This document shows positions 24,092-35,799 of a stretch of DNA of 64,000 bases, one piece after another. The position numbers were made by a program, and so were the translations under genes. Source of the DNA: Mustelus asterias (taxonomy: Eukaryota); the NCBI RefSeq assembly GCF_964213995.1, contig NC_135810.1, positions 67,952,001 through 68,016,000 of the forward strand. The letters are read 5' to 3'. Every line of letters starts with the position of its first letter. Positions within the stretch are counted from its first letter, which is position 1. Under the pieces are notes generated by a model. The model ran no database searches, was not told where the DNA came from, and was given only the letters and a program-made list of their open reading frames with translations.

Positions 24092-25132
24092 GGGCCTGAT
24101 TTTAAAACGGGCCCGAAATCGCGGTAAAGTTGGGCGTCGGGCCTTTAACGCGATCTGCACCTGAATCCGAGCAGATCGCACCTTTACCGACACCCGATTC
24201 GGGTGCGGGTCCGGCGCGCACCCGAATCGGGCGGCCCGACAATTTAAATGCATTTGCATGCATTTCAATCGAATTAATGAACCGCGTGCCCAACTCTACC
24301 GCCAAATCCCACTTTACCGTCTTCTGGCCTGATCCACGTCCGCGCTGCTACCGACCTGCAGTCACAGCTGCAGCCTCCGAAAAGGGGGGTCAGAGACTGC
24401 AACGGCTCTCTGACCCAGGTCATCCTCTGGTCGGGGTGGGAGGAGGAGAGGGGGTGTGACGTCTCATCCCTTGGGAAGTGGGGGGGGGGGGTGGGTGAGA
24501 GGGGAGGGGATGTGACGTATCAACCCCGGAGGGGGGGGAGAGGGGATGTGACGTATCATCCTCTGGTCGGGGGTGGGGGGGGGTCAGCTGCCAGTCTGCA
24601 GCCGATGCCTCCTGGCACCATCGCTGGTACACTACCAGCCACAAATTACTCTTCCCTGCAGGGGCAAGAGAGTGGGAGAGATGGCTGTGGCTGGTAGTGT
24701 ACCAGTGATGGTGTATCCCTTTACACTGTGGAATCGGCCGGTTCTGCTTCATCTTCTTAGCGAGGAATCGCTTCATCCTGAAGGTTTCGTGGGATGGCAT
24801 GGCCGCGCGTCCAGTCCGGCAGGAGGCATCGGCCGCAGACTGGCAGCCGACTCTCCCCGCCCCCCTCGACCAGAGGATGAGACGTCAGAGAGCCGCTCTC
24901 TCCGCTTTCTGCTTTTTTTTTCGAGCCCAGGCGCGCTCTGCCAGATTTTTTTCAAACTGCGCATGCGCAGTTCAGAGCTCCAATTGGTCTGCCAGCGCTA
25001 AGCCCCGCCCACAGCGCGGATCGGGCCGGAGCCGGCAAAACACGTATGGGCGCGCTGGAAAGAGGATTCCAGGTGCGGATCTATTTGATGCCCAGATTCG
25101 GCACTTAGGCTCAAAATGGTAAAATTCCCCCC
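24092..25132. mobile_element. PIF/Harbinger-type non-autonomous element with 3-bp TSD (TGT), containing an RPL39 fragment
   Basis: TIRs gggcctgatttta / taaaattcccccc with TGT on both flanks. The ends are homologous to 59697-61104. CpG-rich, suggesting a young copy. Confidence 0.85.
24726..24800 (-). pseudogene. RPL39: Captured 5' fragment of ribosomal protein L39 (eL39) coding sequence, 25 codons
   Basis: [25 protein letters not shown] versus human RPL39 [25 protein letters not shown] as recalled: 21/25 identical. Similarity stops at the Trp26 position. The ATG is preceded by gcggcc. Confidence 0.9.
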
Positions 25133-25756
25133 TGTAACATTACATTCTGCACTCACTCCTTTCCTTCTCTATGTACGATATGCTTTGTCTGTATAGTGCG
25201 TAAGAAACAATACTTTTCACTGTATACTTATACATGTGACAATAATGAATCAAATCAATTCAAAATTAGTGAACCAGATTGGTTTTTACAGCAATCATGA
25301 ATGTTTCATTGTCATCGTTACTGAGACTAGCTTTCAATTCTAGATATTTTAATAACGATGTCTTGATGGAATTTGATACTGTAGCATCAGACCATTAACC
25401 TGACCCTCTGGGTTGACATTACCACTGTGCCACTATCTCCCTTAAGCCTTGGGCACGCTGAACTTTTGCTCATGACCCCATGAAATTTCTTGGCATCAGG
25501 CAAAACATGGGCAAGGAAACCTCCTTTTAATTACCACCTACCACTTTCCCTCACCCGATGACTCAGTTCTCCTCCATGTTGAAGACTACTTGGAAAATGC
25601 ACTGAAACTAGAAGCTGGTGGACTTAAGAACATCAGAAATAGAAACATTGGTAGACATTTGGCCTGATCTGCCATTCAATAAATCATGGCTGACCTCCTT
25701 CCTCAATTTGACTTTTCCTCATGCTTCTCTTATCCCTTGATTCACTGAAAGACCAG

Positions 25757-26976
25757 GACTGGAATTTTCCATTCTGGAATATCAGTTTGGTGGAAGATGT
25801 GGAAGTGAGATTTTGGGGGGAGTAGGATGGCTGACAAATGCGAACTTACATTGTTCAATTCATTAAATATGTACCCATGAGGAGCACGGCAGGAGAAAAC
25901 AGGAAATTGCTGTCCGCCCCATTAAATCATGGGGTCAAAGATCTGGGTGCCATATTTAAAGTGCACCTGGATAGCCTGCAATATCCCTTCCACCTTGGTC
26001 CAACCACTGCTCCCGCTCTCCCTGCTAACCCTCCCTTCCTTGGTCATCCTCCACACAACCTGCATTGCTATCACCCAATCTCAGGCATAGGCTGGCATTT
26101 GCAGACTCTCCTGAAGGAGGGCAATGCAGCAGCAACACACTGCAAATCATGGAAGAAATCTACCTTGCCAGGTGCATGCCACTTATCGCAGTCATAAAAG
26201 TGAGCGTTCTAATTTCTCGTGTGTATGGGGAGGGATGGGGGGGATTTCATTTGGAGGAGGAACCTAGCTCTGGCTGTGACTTGGAATCACTTTGGTTGCC
26301 TGAGGCCCAGTGCACCCTGACATGTGCAGGACTCTCCTCTGTCATCACCGTTACTTGAGGCACAAGAGTCACTGACAGAGTGGCTAGAAAGATACTCAAC
26401 ACACCAGGTTCACCCTGACAGGAACCCCCAGACACAGAAGGTACCCACTCTTCCTCTATTTCACCTCTGGTGTGGTGACCCCAAGGCTGCTGACCTCCTT
26501 TGCAATCTTTATCCAGACTTGCTTAATCAGTCTGGCAGCTCTCCTCCTCTAGTGTCATGGGAAGAGGATAGCTTGGAGAAGAACCTGAAGGGAGGCATTG
26601 CTGAACGTGGGTGTGGTGGGTGTCTTCCTCCTTCCATTCTTGCTGCAGGCTTCTGGTTATCAGCTTTGTCACAGATAGCAGTCAGAGAATAGCACAAGGA
26701 TAATTGCAGGAAATAGACAAGGAAAGGACTCCTCTGAGCAGGCAGCAGTGAATGCAGGGCTGGCAGTCCTTTAAATATGTCACAGTGACAATTGACACTG
26801 ACTTCACTGCCTGATTTCCCATCTTGGGCCCTGGACTGAATCACTCCTGTGTCTCATGTGAGTTAATTAGCCACCGTAGGATCAGGTGTGGTTGGCCGTT
26901 GAATGCCTAAACATAAATAACACCCAGTTCCAATGTTGCTGTCAGGACCGACAACCTGGCCACTAAATCTAGCCCC
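25757..26976 (-). mobile_element. Harbinger remnant with a Myb/SANT-like fragment
   Basis: Termini ggactggaattt / aaatctagccc. Minus strand ~26470-26615 reads PTFSNASLQVLLQAILFP*..KQVWIKIAKEVSSLGVT. Confidence 0.65.
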
Positions 26977-27144
26977 ATTCCTGGCTTACGAATGGAGAGG
27001 CTGCTTTCCCTCTCCATTCGGTAGCATGCCTTAAGAGAGAGAGTGTTGGCAACCATGGACTTCCATTGGTTTCATCCATGATTATGCTTAGCAAAGTAAT
27101 GTTTAAAGATCTGAGTGGTCTCCTCCTGTCCTAGTTGTATGTTT

Positions 27145-27968
27145 GTATGACCTGTGGAAACTAACAGACCAAAAGAATGACCTTTACTGAATGATCCAAA
27201 TGACATAGCCACCGGACAAGATTTCACTTTTTATCACTTTTACTTAATAATCAAACCAAAATCAATGTAAATCGAACATAAATTAGCAGCCAAGTACTGG
27301 CCAGTATAAACTATAAACGATACTCCAAATAGCGAATACACCAAATTAGATCTCACGGATTTACTAGGCAGTCCTTCTCAGCACATATGACATCAATTTC
27401 AACACAAAGTTGTTCAAAACTCTGAACATCCTCAGGTAGAATTTCAGCTTCTTTTCCTTGAGGGTCTGGTCTCTGCTCCTTAGCCAACAGCAGTACCCAA
27501 CCAATCAGAATTCCATGAGCATGGTCTTCGTCAAAATGGTGGATGTCTGCGGAACCTTCTGGGCTCTGCTTATGACCATCTTGATGGTATGGATCTCCCA
27601 TAAACAGTTTTATCCAAACCCTCAGTAACAGCTCACTATGGTATGGCTGGGTCTGACCAGTCAGTTTATTTAAAAATAATTGAAGCAGCAATAACTTCAA
27701 TTTTCCCTTTATCTCTACACTCATATCCAGCCTGCATGTTCACATTTTTCCAATTGAACCAGCTGAGCTCAAATGGCTCTGTGCCTTTTATCTGGTCTCA
27801 ACCAGCCTGTTTCCCCAGAAACTGGAAGTTTCCATTTCAGTTTCAGTCTTGGTCTCAGTTTCCGTCTTACTCTCAGTTTCCCTAGAAACCTGAAGGTTCA
27901 GTTTCCATTTCAGTTAGGGGCTGACTCAAGAAAAACAATGTAAATTCCAAAACCATAAATTCCATGCA
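27145..27968. mobile_element. Possible solo LTR
   Basis: TGTATG...CATGCA ends and internal short repeats (cagtttcc). No TSD seen. Confidence 0.3.
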
Positions 27969-28849
27969 TTATCAAATTCACCACCAATCTCCACAGTCAG
28001 TGGCCCAAAAATTTATAAGACAGATGAATGATGACCCATTTGCCAGGACTGTTAATTATATCAACTTCCCCTGTAATAACTACCTGTTAGAACGAGCATG
28101 CCTGCAGGTTTGGGGCTCTGGATGGCTCCACACAAGTGCAAGTTGTCATTAACTGCTTGCATGTGGCAATTACAGATCTCCAGATTACCCAGGAGTAGTT
28201 ATCAACTACAAGGGCTCCACTATTAATGAGCAGCTGGTTGCAACCACAAAAAGATTCCTGGGCAGCTGCTAAAATGTTTTTGACTTGCAGCAGTCCACCT
28301 TCCCTGCTGCTTCACACCTTAACCAAACCTCCCTGTTACAACCCCACATTGTCAGTGTTAACTCATATCTCCCCATTTCTCAAGTGAAAGGCCAGTTGCC
28401 AATCAGCAACCAAAAATTGGCAAGATAATGAGTTGATTGAAATAAATATGTATGTGGCTCAAAATCAAACTCATACTTAATACTGTTATATTGCACAACT
28501 CATTGAAGCTTAGATACATAATACTGTTATATTGTATAACTATTGAAACTCAGATCTCTTCCTTAACTGCTGTGATGCTCTTGCCTGATTTCCTGTAGGG
28601 TTTTGGAACTCATCAGCAAAGATTGCTCTGCTTTTCCTATGTGGAAGCAGGCTCAGCCATTTGGGATATGAGGCAGAATGTGGGGTGCTGACTGCAGCAG
28701 GGATAAAGGGTGAGAAGTGAAAGCAGCAACAACTCCCAGCTGATATTGAGCTGGAGAATACCTTGCTCCATACCAGTGGGGTGATGACCAGCCAAGAATC
28801 ATGAATCCTATTTAAAGTAGTGTCCATTGGTGAGGACCTATATGCTCTA

Positions 28850-29134
28850 TCCCTGTAATCCCACATATTACCTATCCCTGTAACCCCACATATTTACCCC
28901 GCTAATCCCTCTAACCTATGCATCCTGGGCACTAAGGGGCAATTTAGCATGGCCAGTCAACCTAACCCGCATATCTTTGGACTGTTGGAGGAAACCGGAG
29001 CACCTGGAGGAAACCCACGCAGACACGGGCAGAATGTGCAAACTCCACGCAGACAGTGACCCAAGCCAGGAATCGAACGCAGGTCCCTGGAGCTGTGGGG
29101 CAGCAGTGCTAACCACTATGCCACCATGCCGCCC
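28850..29134 (-). mobile_element. HE1-like SINE, 3'-eroded
   Basis: Same head and V-domain sequence as the other copies. Confidence 0.9.
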
Positions 29135-31229
29135 AATTGATTGCCATGTTTAATGCTGCATGTAGATAGCCATTGGGTGAAGACATCTTCATGGGCGAAG
29201 ACAACTTAATGGGCAAAGACACCTTCATAAAGTCCTGTGACATTATGGCATTCGTACTGGAGAATACAAACATGCTGTTTCATTCTTGCTGACCATGCTT
29301 TGACCCTTGCCCTTGAAGTTGTGCAAAATGTGAGAATTTCTAGAAATAAAAGAGCAGAGATGAGTTTGAGGCTGAAGGAAATAAGTGCAGCAAGTCATCT
29401 ACTAAGTTAATAGCAATGTTTCTTATATCTAAAGCATTTTGTGTTGACTGAAATCTTTCAATACGGATGAAAGGGAAGATTCTGAGCACAAGGAGAAAAA
29501 TGGATAGGATTATGGAATTAAAGGCAATTGATGAAGTGAGGATTTCAGAGGAGCACCAAAAACATGGATGAAAAGAAGCATTTTTAAAAACAGGAAGGAA
29601 AGTGAGAAAATTGAGGGAACTGCAGGGATTACAGGGGGCAGGAGCATATCATTCTCATTAAATATTAAATGGCCACCAGTAATGGAGCTGAGGTAATGGG
29701 AGACAAGAGAAGCCCAATGTCAGAGAGATAAAGTATGTGCAGACTGATTAAACAATACAAACAACATCAACTTGTATTTATTTAGTGACTTTAACATTGT
29801 AAAGATGTCTCAAGGCACGTCACAGGAGTGTTCACAGGCACAATTTGATGACAAACCTCTTTTTTAATATTTGCTCAGGAAATTTGAGTGTCATTACCTA
29901 GGGGACGGAATTTGACAGCCCCTCCCACTGGTGGGATCTTCCAGTCTCACTGAAGTAAATGGACATTTGAACAGCCCTGCCCCACTGCAAAGGGGCTGTA
30001 AAATTCCTCCTTTAAAGATATTTTGGCTGAAGAGGTAGATCTTCAGAAGCAACTGAAAGGAGAGAGAAGTTGGGAGATTTAGGGATGGAATTCCAGAGTT
30101 TAGAGCCTAAGGTTGATGGCACAGCCAATAATAGTGGAACTATTAAAATTGGAGATCAGAACTGGAGTGGCACAGACATCTTGGAGGGTTATGGAGTTGG
30201 AACAGGTTGCAGAGAAAAGAGGGATTGGAACACAAGGACAAGAATTGCTGGAATTTTTCCACTGAGCATGGAGGTCAGAATAATTCCCTAAAATGCTGTT
30301 TCCTGTAGTTCTTTAAAATTAATTTTATCAGCTTGATCCTGGATATTCAAAAATGTCAGCAGGGACTAGCAAAGTAATTTGTTCTCTTAATCTTCCTGCA
30401 CTGTATGCCCTTTCATAATGCCCCTGGCAGCTGATTCCAATTTAATAAGAAATACATTTCAAGTTGGCAATGCCAATCTATTCTCCTCATAAAACAGCTG
30501 AGACTTGAAGCTTATGCCGATAGCTTGTTTAGAGCATTTATAGGTAAGCATTTAGTTTAGAACCAGTACTGATTGAAATAAGAGAATGAAAGAAGTGCGA
30601 TAAAAGAGTTTGGGAGGACCACAGAAATACGTACTTCCAGGAAACCAAGAGCAAACCAGTAAAATTAAGTGACAGTATCATTAATAATATATCAAAAACC
30701 TGAAACCTGTGTGCAATTTTTTTAACCCGTCAAACCTCACTTAGCCAAATACCATGGGTATTGGAAATCTGGTGGGGATGTGTGTGTGAGGGTTGGGTGG
30801 CATCGGAGTCAGAGGCTGATTCCCCCACACAATAGGCCACCATCAGCCAAGGCCACAACCCAAAAGCTGCTGCCAAGTGGTTTACTCTCCAATCAGAGGA
30901 GTGTCCCTGCTTAGTCCCTTGAATGAATATAATAATTTTCACCCTCCAAGGGCATCTCCATTTTGAGGCACCCTTGCATTTACCTATCTGCCGCAGCAGC
31001 ACCCACCTCTCTCAGCTCAACTGTAGCTAGCTCTGTGATTAGGCCAGCAGCAATGTTACTGGACCCGCCATTCTTTAACTGGATGGCAATCTCAAAGGCA
31101 AATAATTGGGAGGCAGCCCCCGAGAAAATAGCTCCCTCAGTTTGCCTCCCAGCAAGTGTGAACTCAGTATCTCTATTTAGTTCTGACATTGGGGTCCCAA
31201 AGCCCCTGGAAAAATCCTGCCCAGTCATT

Positions 31230-31455
31230 GTGGTTTTCGAGTTTATTATCAGAATTGGACCAAGTTAGAAATGTAATAGATGGAGAGCAAGTGAAAGTGG
31301 GCAGGGTGGAAAGAAGAATAAAAGGGAAGATCTGTGATCGATACGAGGGCAGCAAAGATTAAATGACAAAAGGTCTCATGGTGCAAGACCAAAGGAATTG
31401 GTAATGCAACAAGTAAAGAAACAAAAGGTATGTCAAAAGGAGATGTGAATGGAAG
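31230..31455 (-). mobile_element. Old Penelope 3' UTR fragment with a decayed hammerhead
   Basis: On the minus strand a pyrimidine-rich UTR leads to ttacatttctaacttggtccaattCTGATAAtaaactcGAAAacc. Confidence 0.45.
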
Positions 31456-31499
31456 CCCTCTGAATAGATGTGCCTGAAAGTAAAGGAAATAAGAAAGAA

Positions 31500-32682
31500 A
31501 CATAAAATCATAAGGAATAGGAGCAGGAGTGGGTTATAAAGCTCATCAAGTCTCTTCTACCATTCAATTAGATCAACAGAAGGCAGTGACATAGTGGTAT
31601 TGTTGTAGTACTAGTAACCCAGAGACCCAGGATAATGTTCTGAGGACCTGGGTTCGAATCCCACCATGGCAGATGGCAAAAGTTGAATTCAATAAAAATC
31701 TGGAATTAAAGTCTAATGATGACCATTAAATCATTGTCGATTGTTGTCAAAACCCATCTGGTTCACTAATGTCCTTTAGGTAAAAAAATCTGCCGTCCTT
31801 GCCTGATCTGGCGTACATGTGATTCTAGATCCACAGCAAAGCAGTTGACTCTTAAATGCCCTTAGGGAGTGACAGGCAATGAATACCCGACTCAGCCAGT
31901 AATGCCCACATCCCATGAACAAATAAAAAAATAACTGCCATGTCCTGAACAGCATTCTCTTTCCTGTCCCCATAACTCTTTTTTTACTCCCTTGTCAATA
32001 AAAAATCTGTCAAATTCGACCTTGAATATATTCAATGACCCAGCCTCTCTGCTCTCTGTGAAAGAGAATTCCAAAGATTCTTGGAGAGAAGGAATTCCTC
32101 CTCATCTCAGTTTAAAATGGGAGGTCTCTTATCTTTCAAATTGTGCCTCCTAGATTCCATCATGAGAGGAAACATCCTCTCAGCAACTACCCTTTTAAGC
32201 CCCCTTAGAATATTGTATGTTTCAATATGATCACCTCTCAGTCTTAAACCCTGATGAATATAGGCTCAATCTTTCCTCATAAGACAACCCTTCATCCCAG
32301 GAATCAGCCCAAGGAACCTTCTCTGAACTTCTTCCAATGCAAGCATATCCATCCTCAAGTAAGGAGACCAATGTTTACACAGTACTCTAGCTGTGGTCTG
32401 ACCAATGTCCTGTTCAGTTGCAGCAAGATTTGCTTACTTTTATTCTCTATCCCATTTTAATAACGGTCAACAGTTCTATTTGCATTCCTAATTGCTTGCT
32501 GTATCTGCATGCTAACCTTTTGAACTAATTTAAAAGAACACCTCGATCTCTCTTAACAGCAGTAATGGGCAGTCTCTCTCTGTTTAAATAATACTCTGCT
32601 TCTCTGTTCTTTTTGCCAAAATGGATAATCTCACATTTTGCGCATTAAATTCCATCTGCCAAATCTTTACCCAATCACTTAA
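31500..32682 (-). mobile_element. Degenerate CR1 3' portion, split by the SINE at 31580-31932
   Basis: Antisense of LVRPQLEYCV..LEEVQRRF..SYEERL and the 3' UTR. Confidence 0.82.
31580..31932 (+). mobile_element. tRNA-derived SINE, second family, near full length
   Basis: A-box-like tgacatagtgg, B-box ggttcgaatcc and tail gcccacatcccatgaacaaataaaaaaa. Confidence 0.85.
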
Positions 32683-32683
32683 T

Positions 32684-33240
32684 CGGGCAGTGCCAGGGAG
32701 TGGGACCTGTTGGGGGGGTGGGGCCTGATGGGGCAGGGCCTAGGGGGCGATTGGGGGGGTCCCACTGCCACTCTGCCATTGGGATCGATGGGGGCAGGAG
32801 GGAGGCCAGTGATCAGGGCAGGGAGGGGGTATGTCTGTCAGGCGGGGTTCTGCGGGGGGGGGGTTTGCTGGAGGGGGGTGGCTGCACTGTGGAGGGGTGG
32901 GGGGGGAGGGGAGCTGAAGATCAGGGCGGTCTGGGATGGGGGGGCACGGGAATGGTTGGGGGGGCCACAATATGGCCATGGGGGCTTGGGGGGGGGGGGG
33001 GCAGCACTGCGGGAGTCTCGGGCTGGCCAGCAATCGGGCTGGCCAGCAATCGAGCTGGCCAGCAAACAGGAAGCTGACAGTTTGAGACCACTGCGCATGC
33101 GCAGAGGCCCATTGGTTTCAGCCTCCTGGGTGGGAATGGACCTCGCCCCCTGAAATCAAATGATATTCACGCTGGTGGCCTCTGCATTGCATAGAGTGGG
33201 AGAGATTCTAGTGTGAACTCCCACTGGAAAAAACAATGGG
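32684..33240. mobile_element. Harbinger non-autonomous fragment
   Basis: G-rich interior, inversely homologous to 14020-14500, and contains actgcgcatgcgcag. Confidence 0.7.
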
Positions 33241-35236
33241 GTGCCACAGGGATCTGGGATCTCAGCTATTCACAATATATGTTAATGATTTGGATGAGGG
33301 AACAAAATGTAACATCTCAAAGTTTGCAGATGATACCAAGTTGGGTGAACTGTGACGAGGATGCAGAGATCCTTGAGCATGATCTGGACAGGTTGGGTGA
33401 GTGGGCAAATCAATGACAGATGCAGTTTGATTTGAATAAATGTGAGGTTATTCACTTTGGAAGCAAAACCAAGAAGGCAGATTGCTACCTGAATGGCTGT
33501 AAATTGGGAGAGGGGAGTGTGCAATGGGACCTGGGTGTCCTTGTGCATCAGTCACTGAAGATAAGCATATAGGTGCAGCAGGCAGTAAGAAAGGCAAATT
33601 GTATGTTGGCCTTCATTGCGCGAGGTTTTGAGTACAGGAGCAGGGATGTGTTATTGCAATTATACAGAGCCTTGGTGAGGCCACACCTAGAAGATTGTGT
33701 GCAGTTTTGGTCTCCTTTTCTAAGGAAGGATGTTCTTGCGCTCAAGGGAGTGCAGCAAAGGTTTACCAGGCTGATTCCAGGGATGGCGGGACTGATGTAT
33801 GAGGGGAGATTGACTAGGTTAGGATTGTTTTCGCTGGAGTTCAGACAAATGAGGGGGGATCTCATAGAGACTTATAAAATTCTGACAGGACTAGACAGGG
33901 TAGATGCAGGAAGGATGTTCTCGATGGTGGGAGTGCCCAGAACCAGGGGTCACAATCTGAGGATACAGGGTCGACCATTTAGAACAAAGAACAAAAGAAC
34001 AAAGAACAATACAGCACAGGAACAGGCCCTTCGGCCCTCCAAGCCCGCGCCGCTCCCCGGTCCAGGATTGAATCCTGAATCCAGGATCCCCGCCCAATTT
34101 TCCAGCCTATCTACATCCTAATATCCTATCCACCGAGCTGTCCCTCACAGCTACGATGCTTTGTTCATCACAACCTATTAACTCACCCCCACCCCCCCAT
34201 TCCAGACCATGTGATCTCCAGGGAGAGGCGAAAACCCAGAGTGAAAACCCCAGGGCCAATATGGGGAAAGAAATCTGGGAAATTCCTCTCCGACCCCCTG
34301 AGGCGATCGAAACGAGTCCAGGAGATCACACTGGCCCTGATCAGAAAATACTTCCCAACCCTATTCATTTCCACCATCTGAATTCCTTGCCCCCGAGACA
34401 GGTTCCCAACTATCCGCAGTCTCGCTCTGTACTGGCACCAGCAAGATGATCATAGAATGAAGCCTTGAAACGAGAAACAAAGAACAATTAGCCCGCGCCG
34501 CTCCCTGGTCCAAACTAGACCACTCTTTTGTATCCCTCCATTCCCACTCCGTTCATATAGCTGTCTAGATAAGTCTTAAACGTTCCCAGTGTGTCCGCCT
34601 CCACCACCTTGCCCGGCAACACATTCCAGGCCCCCACGACCCTCTGTGTAAAATATGTCCTTCTGATATCTGTGTTAAACCTCCCACCCTTCACCTTGAA
34701 CCTATGACCCCTCGTGAACGTCACCACCGACCCGGGGAAAAGCTTCCCACCGTTCACCCTATCTATGCCTTTCATAATTTTATACACCTCTATTAAGTCT
34801 CCCCTCATCCTCCGTCTTTCCAAGGAGAACAACCCCAGTTTCCCCAATCTCTCCTCATAACCAAGCCCCTCCATACCAGGCAACATCCTGGTAAACCTCC
34901 TCTGTACTCTCTCCAAAGCCTCCACGTCCTTCTGGTAGTGTGGCGACCAGAACTGGACGCAGTATTCCAAATTTAGATCCAAGATGAGGAGACATTTCTT
35001 CACCCTAAGAGTGGCAAGCCTGTGGAATTCATTACCACAGGAAGTAGTTGATGCCAAAACATTAAACGTATTCAAGAAGCGGCTAGATATAGCACTTGGG
35101 CGAATGGGATCAAAGGTTATGGGAAGAAAGCAAGCTTAGGTTATTGAGTTGAATGATCAGACATGATTGTGATGAATGGTGGAGCAGGCTCGAAGAACTG
35201 AATGGCCTCCTCCTACTCCTATCTTCTATGTTTCTA
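33240..35236 (+). mobile_element. CR1 RT-to-3' fragment, interrupted by an antisense CR1 at 33984-34970
   Basis: FTIYVNDLDE..SKFADDTKLG; ORF 33573 LYRALVRPHLEDCVQFWSP..RGHNLRIQGRPFR; it resumes at 34971 with EMRRHFFTLRVASLWNSLP. Confidence 0.92.
33984..34970 (-). mobile_element. Young CR1 3' fragment with an extended 3' UTR; TSD ATTTAGA
   Basis: LEYCVQFWSPHYQKDVEALERVQRRFTRMLPG..TRGHRFKV..FTQRVVGAWN and a (ttctttg)n tail. ATTTAGA occurs at 33977-33983 and 34971-34977. Confidence 0.93.
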
Positions 35237-35237
35237 T

Positions 35238-35760
35238 GGGCCCTATTTTACCATTTTGATTCGAAGTGCTGGGCAGACTTCAAACTGGGAGTGTTTCAGA
35301 TCCGACTTTTAGCCCTGATCTCAGGCACCCCCATATGACTCTGCCTGAAAAAATATCAGCAATTCCAAATCGCGCTGCAGAAGCCTGTGGGCGGGGCATA
35401 ACACGCCCAAAATCCTGCAGCTCCGATCAGCGTCTCCAACTGTGCATGCGCAGAAAAAAAATGATAGAATGCGGCTCCCCTGCCACATCCCTCCCAGACC
35501 GGATAATGCCTCCCCCTGGCCCCCACAAACATTGCCCCACTCCCACAACATTACTGACTCCCTTATCCCTCCACCCCCTCCGCCACCCAGACCCTTCCCC
35601 CTCACTAATCACAGGCAGAGTGGCAACAGAGCCCCCTTCCTCCTCACTAATCATAGGCAGATTGGCATCAGAGCCCCCCTTCTCCCTCACTGATCTCAGG
35701 CAGATTGGCACCGGAACCACCCCCTTCCTCCTCACTGATCTCAGGGAGAGTGGCATAGTT
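35238..35760. mobile_element. Harbinger non-autonomous end, family of 24092 and 59697
   Basis: TIR gggccctattttaccattt, a tgtgcatgcgcag motif and ~36-bp tandem subrepeats (ctcactaatcacaggcaga). Confidence 0.75.
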
Positions 35761-35799
35761 CTTCTCTAGCTCTCTTTATTAGGACTCCACCCTCCCCAT

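Larger units (their letters stand above)
23663..25262 (+). mobile_element. Rex1/Babar-type LINE 3' fragment, with its 3' UTR interrupted at 24092-25132
   Basis: LYFLRRLRKFGM..LYRCTIESILSGCITAWYG..LQRV..IIKDPTH.GH..F.LLP.GKRYKS..KNSFFPAAIRLLN, with tail (aatca)n. Confidence 0.88.
23150..25440 (-). mobile_element. Second-family SINE split into 23150-23310 and 25265-25440 by nested inserts
   Basis: gggatgtgggcatcactggc..ccacattgct..gaccaggta continues as attagtgaaccagat..; homologous to 31580-31932. Confidence 0.65.

Noticed and set aside
24420-24800. 126-aa ORF as a functional RPL39 gene or fusion protein
   Set aside because: Only 25 of the ~51 RPL39 codons are present. The rest is read-through into a hairpin and G/C-rich transposon repeats.
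34298-34320. Hammerhead-like words CTGAGGC-GATC-GAAAC-GA-GTC in the CR1 UTR cassette
   Set aside because: A9 is missing, there is no proper stem II or stem I, and it is antisense to the element.
34515-35075. 186-aa ORF as a single gene
   Set aside because: It is a chimera of antisense host CR1 and the inserted CR1 ORF2 C-terminus across the 34970 junction. ORFs 11574-12197 and 33573-34121 are similar junction chimeras.
35580-35760. Regularly spaced ~36-bp repeats (also 60050-60240 and 60700-60820) resembling a CRISPR array
   Set aside because: They are degenerate tandem subrepeats inside Harbinger elements, with no unique spacers and no cas genes, in eukaryotic DNA.
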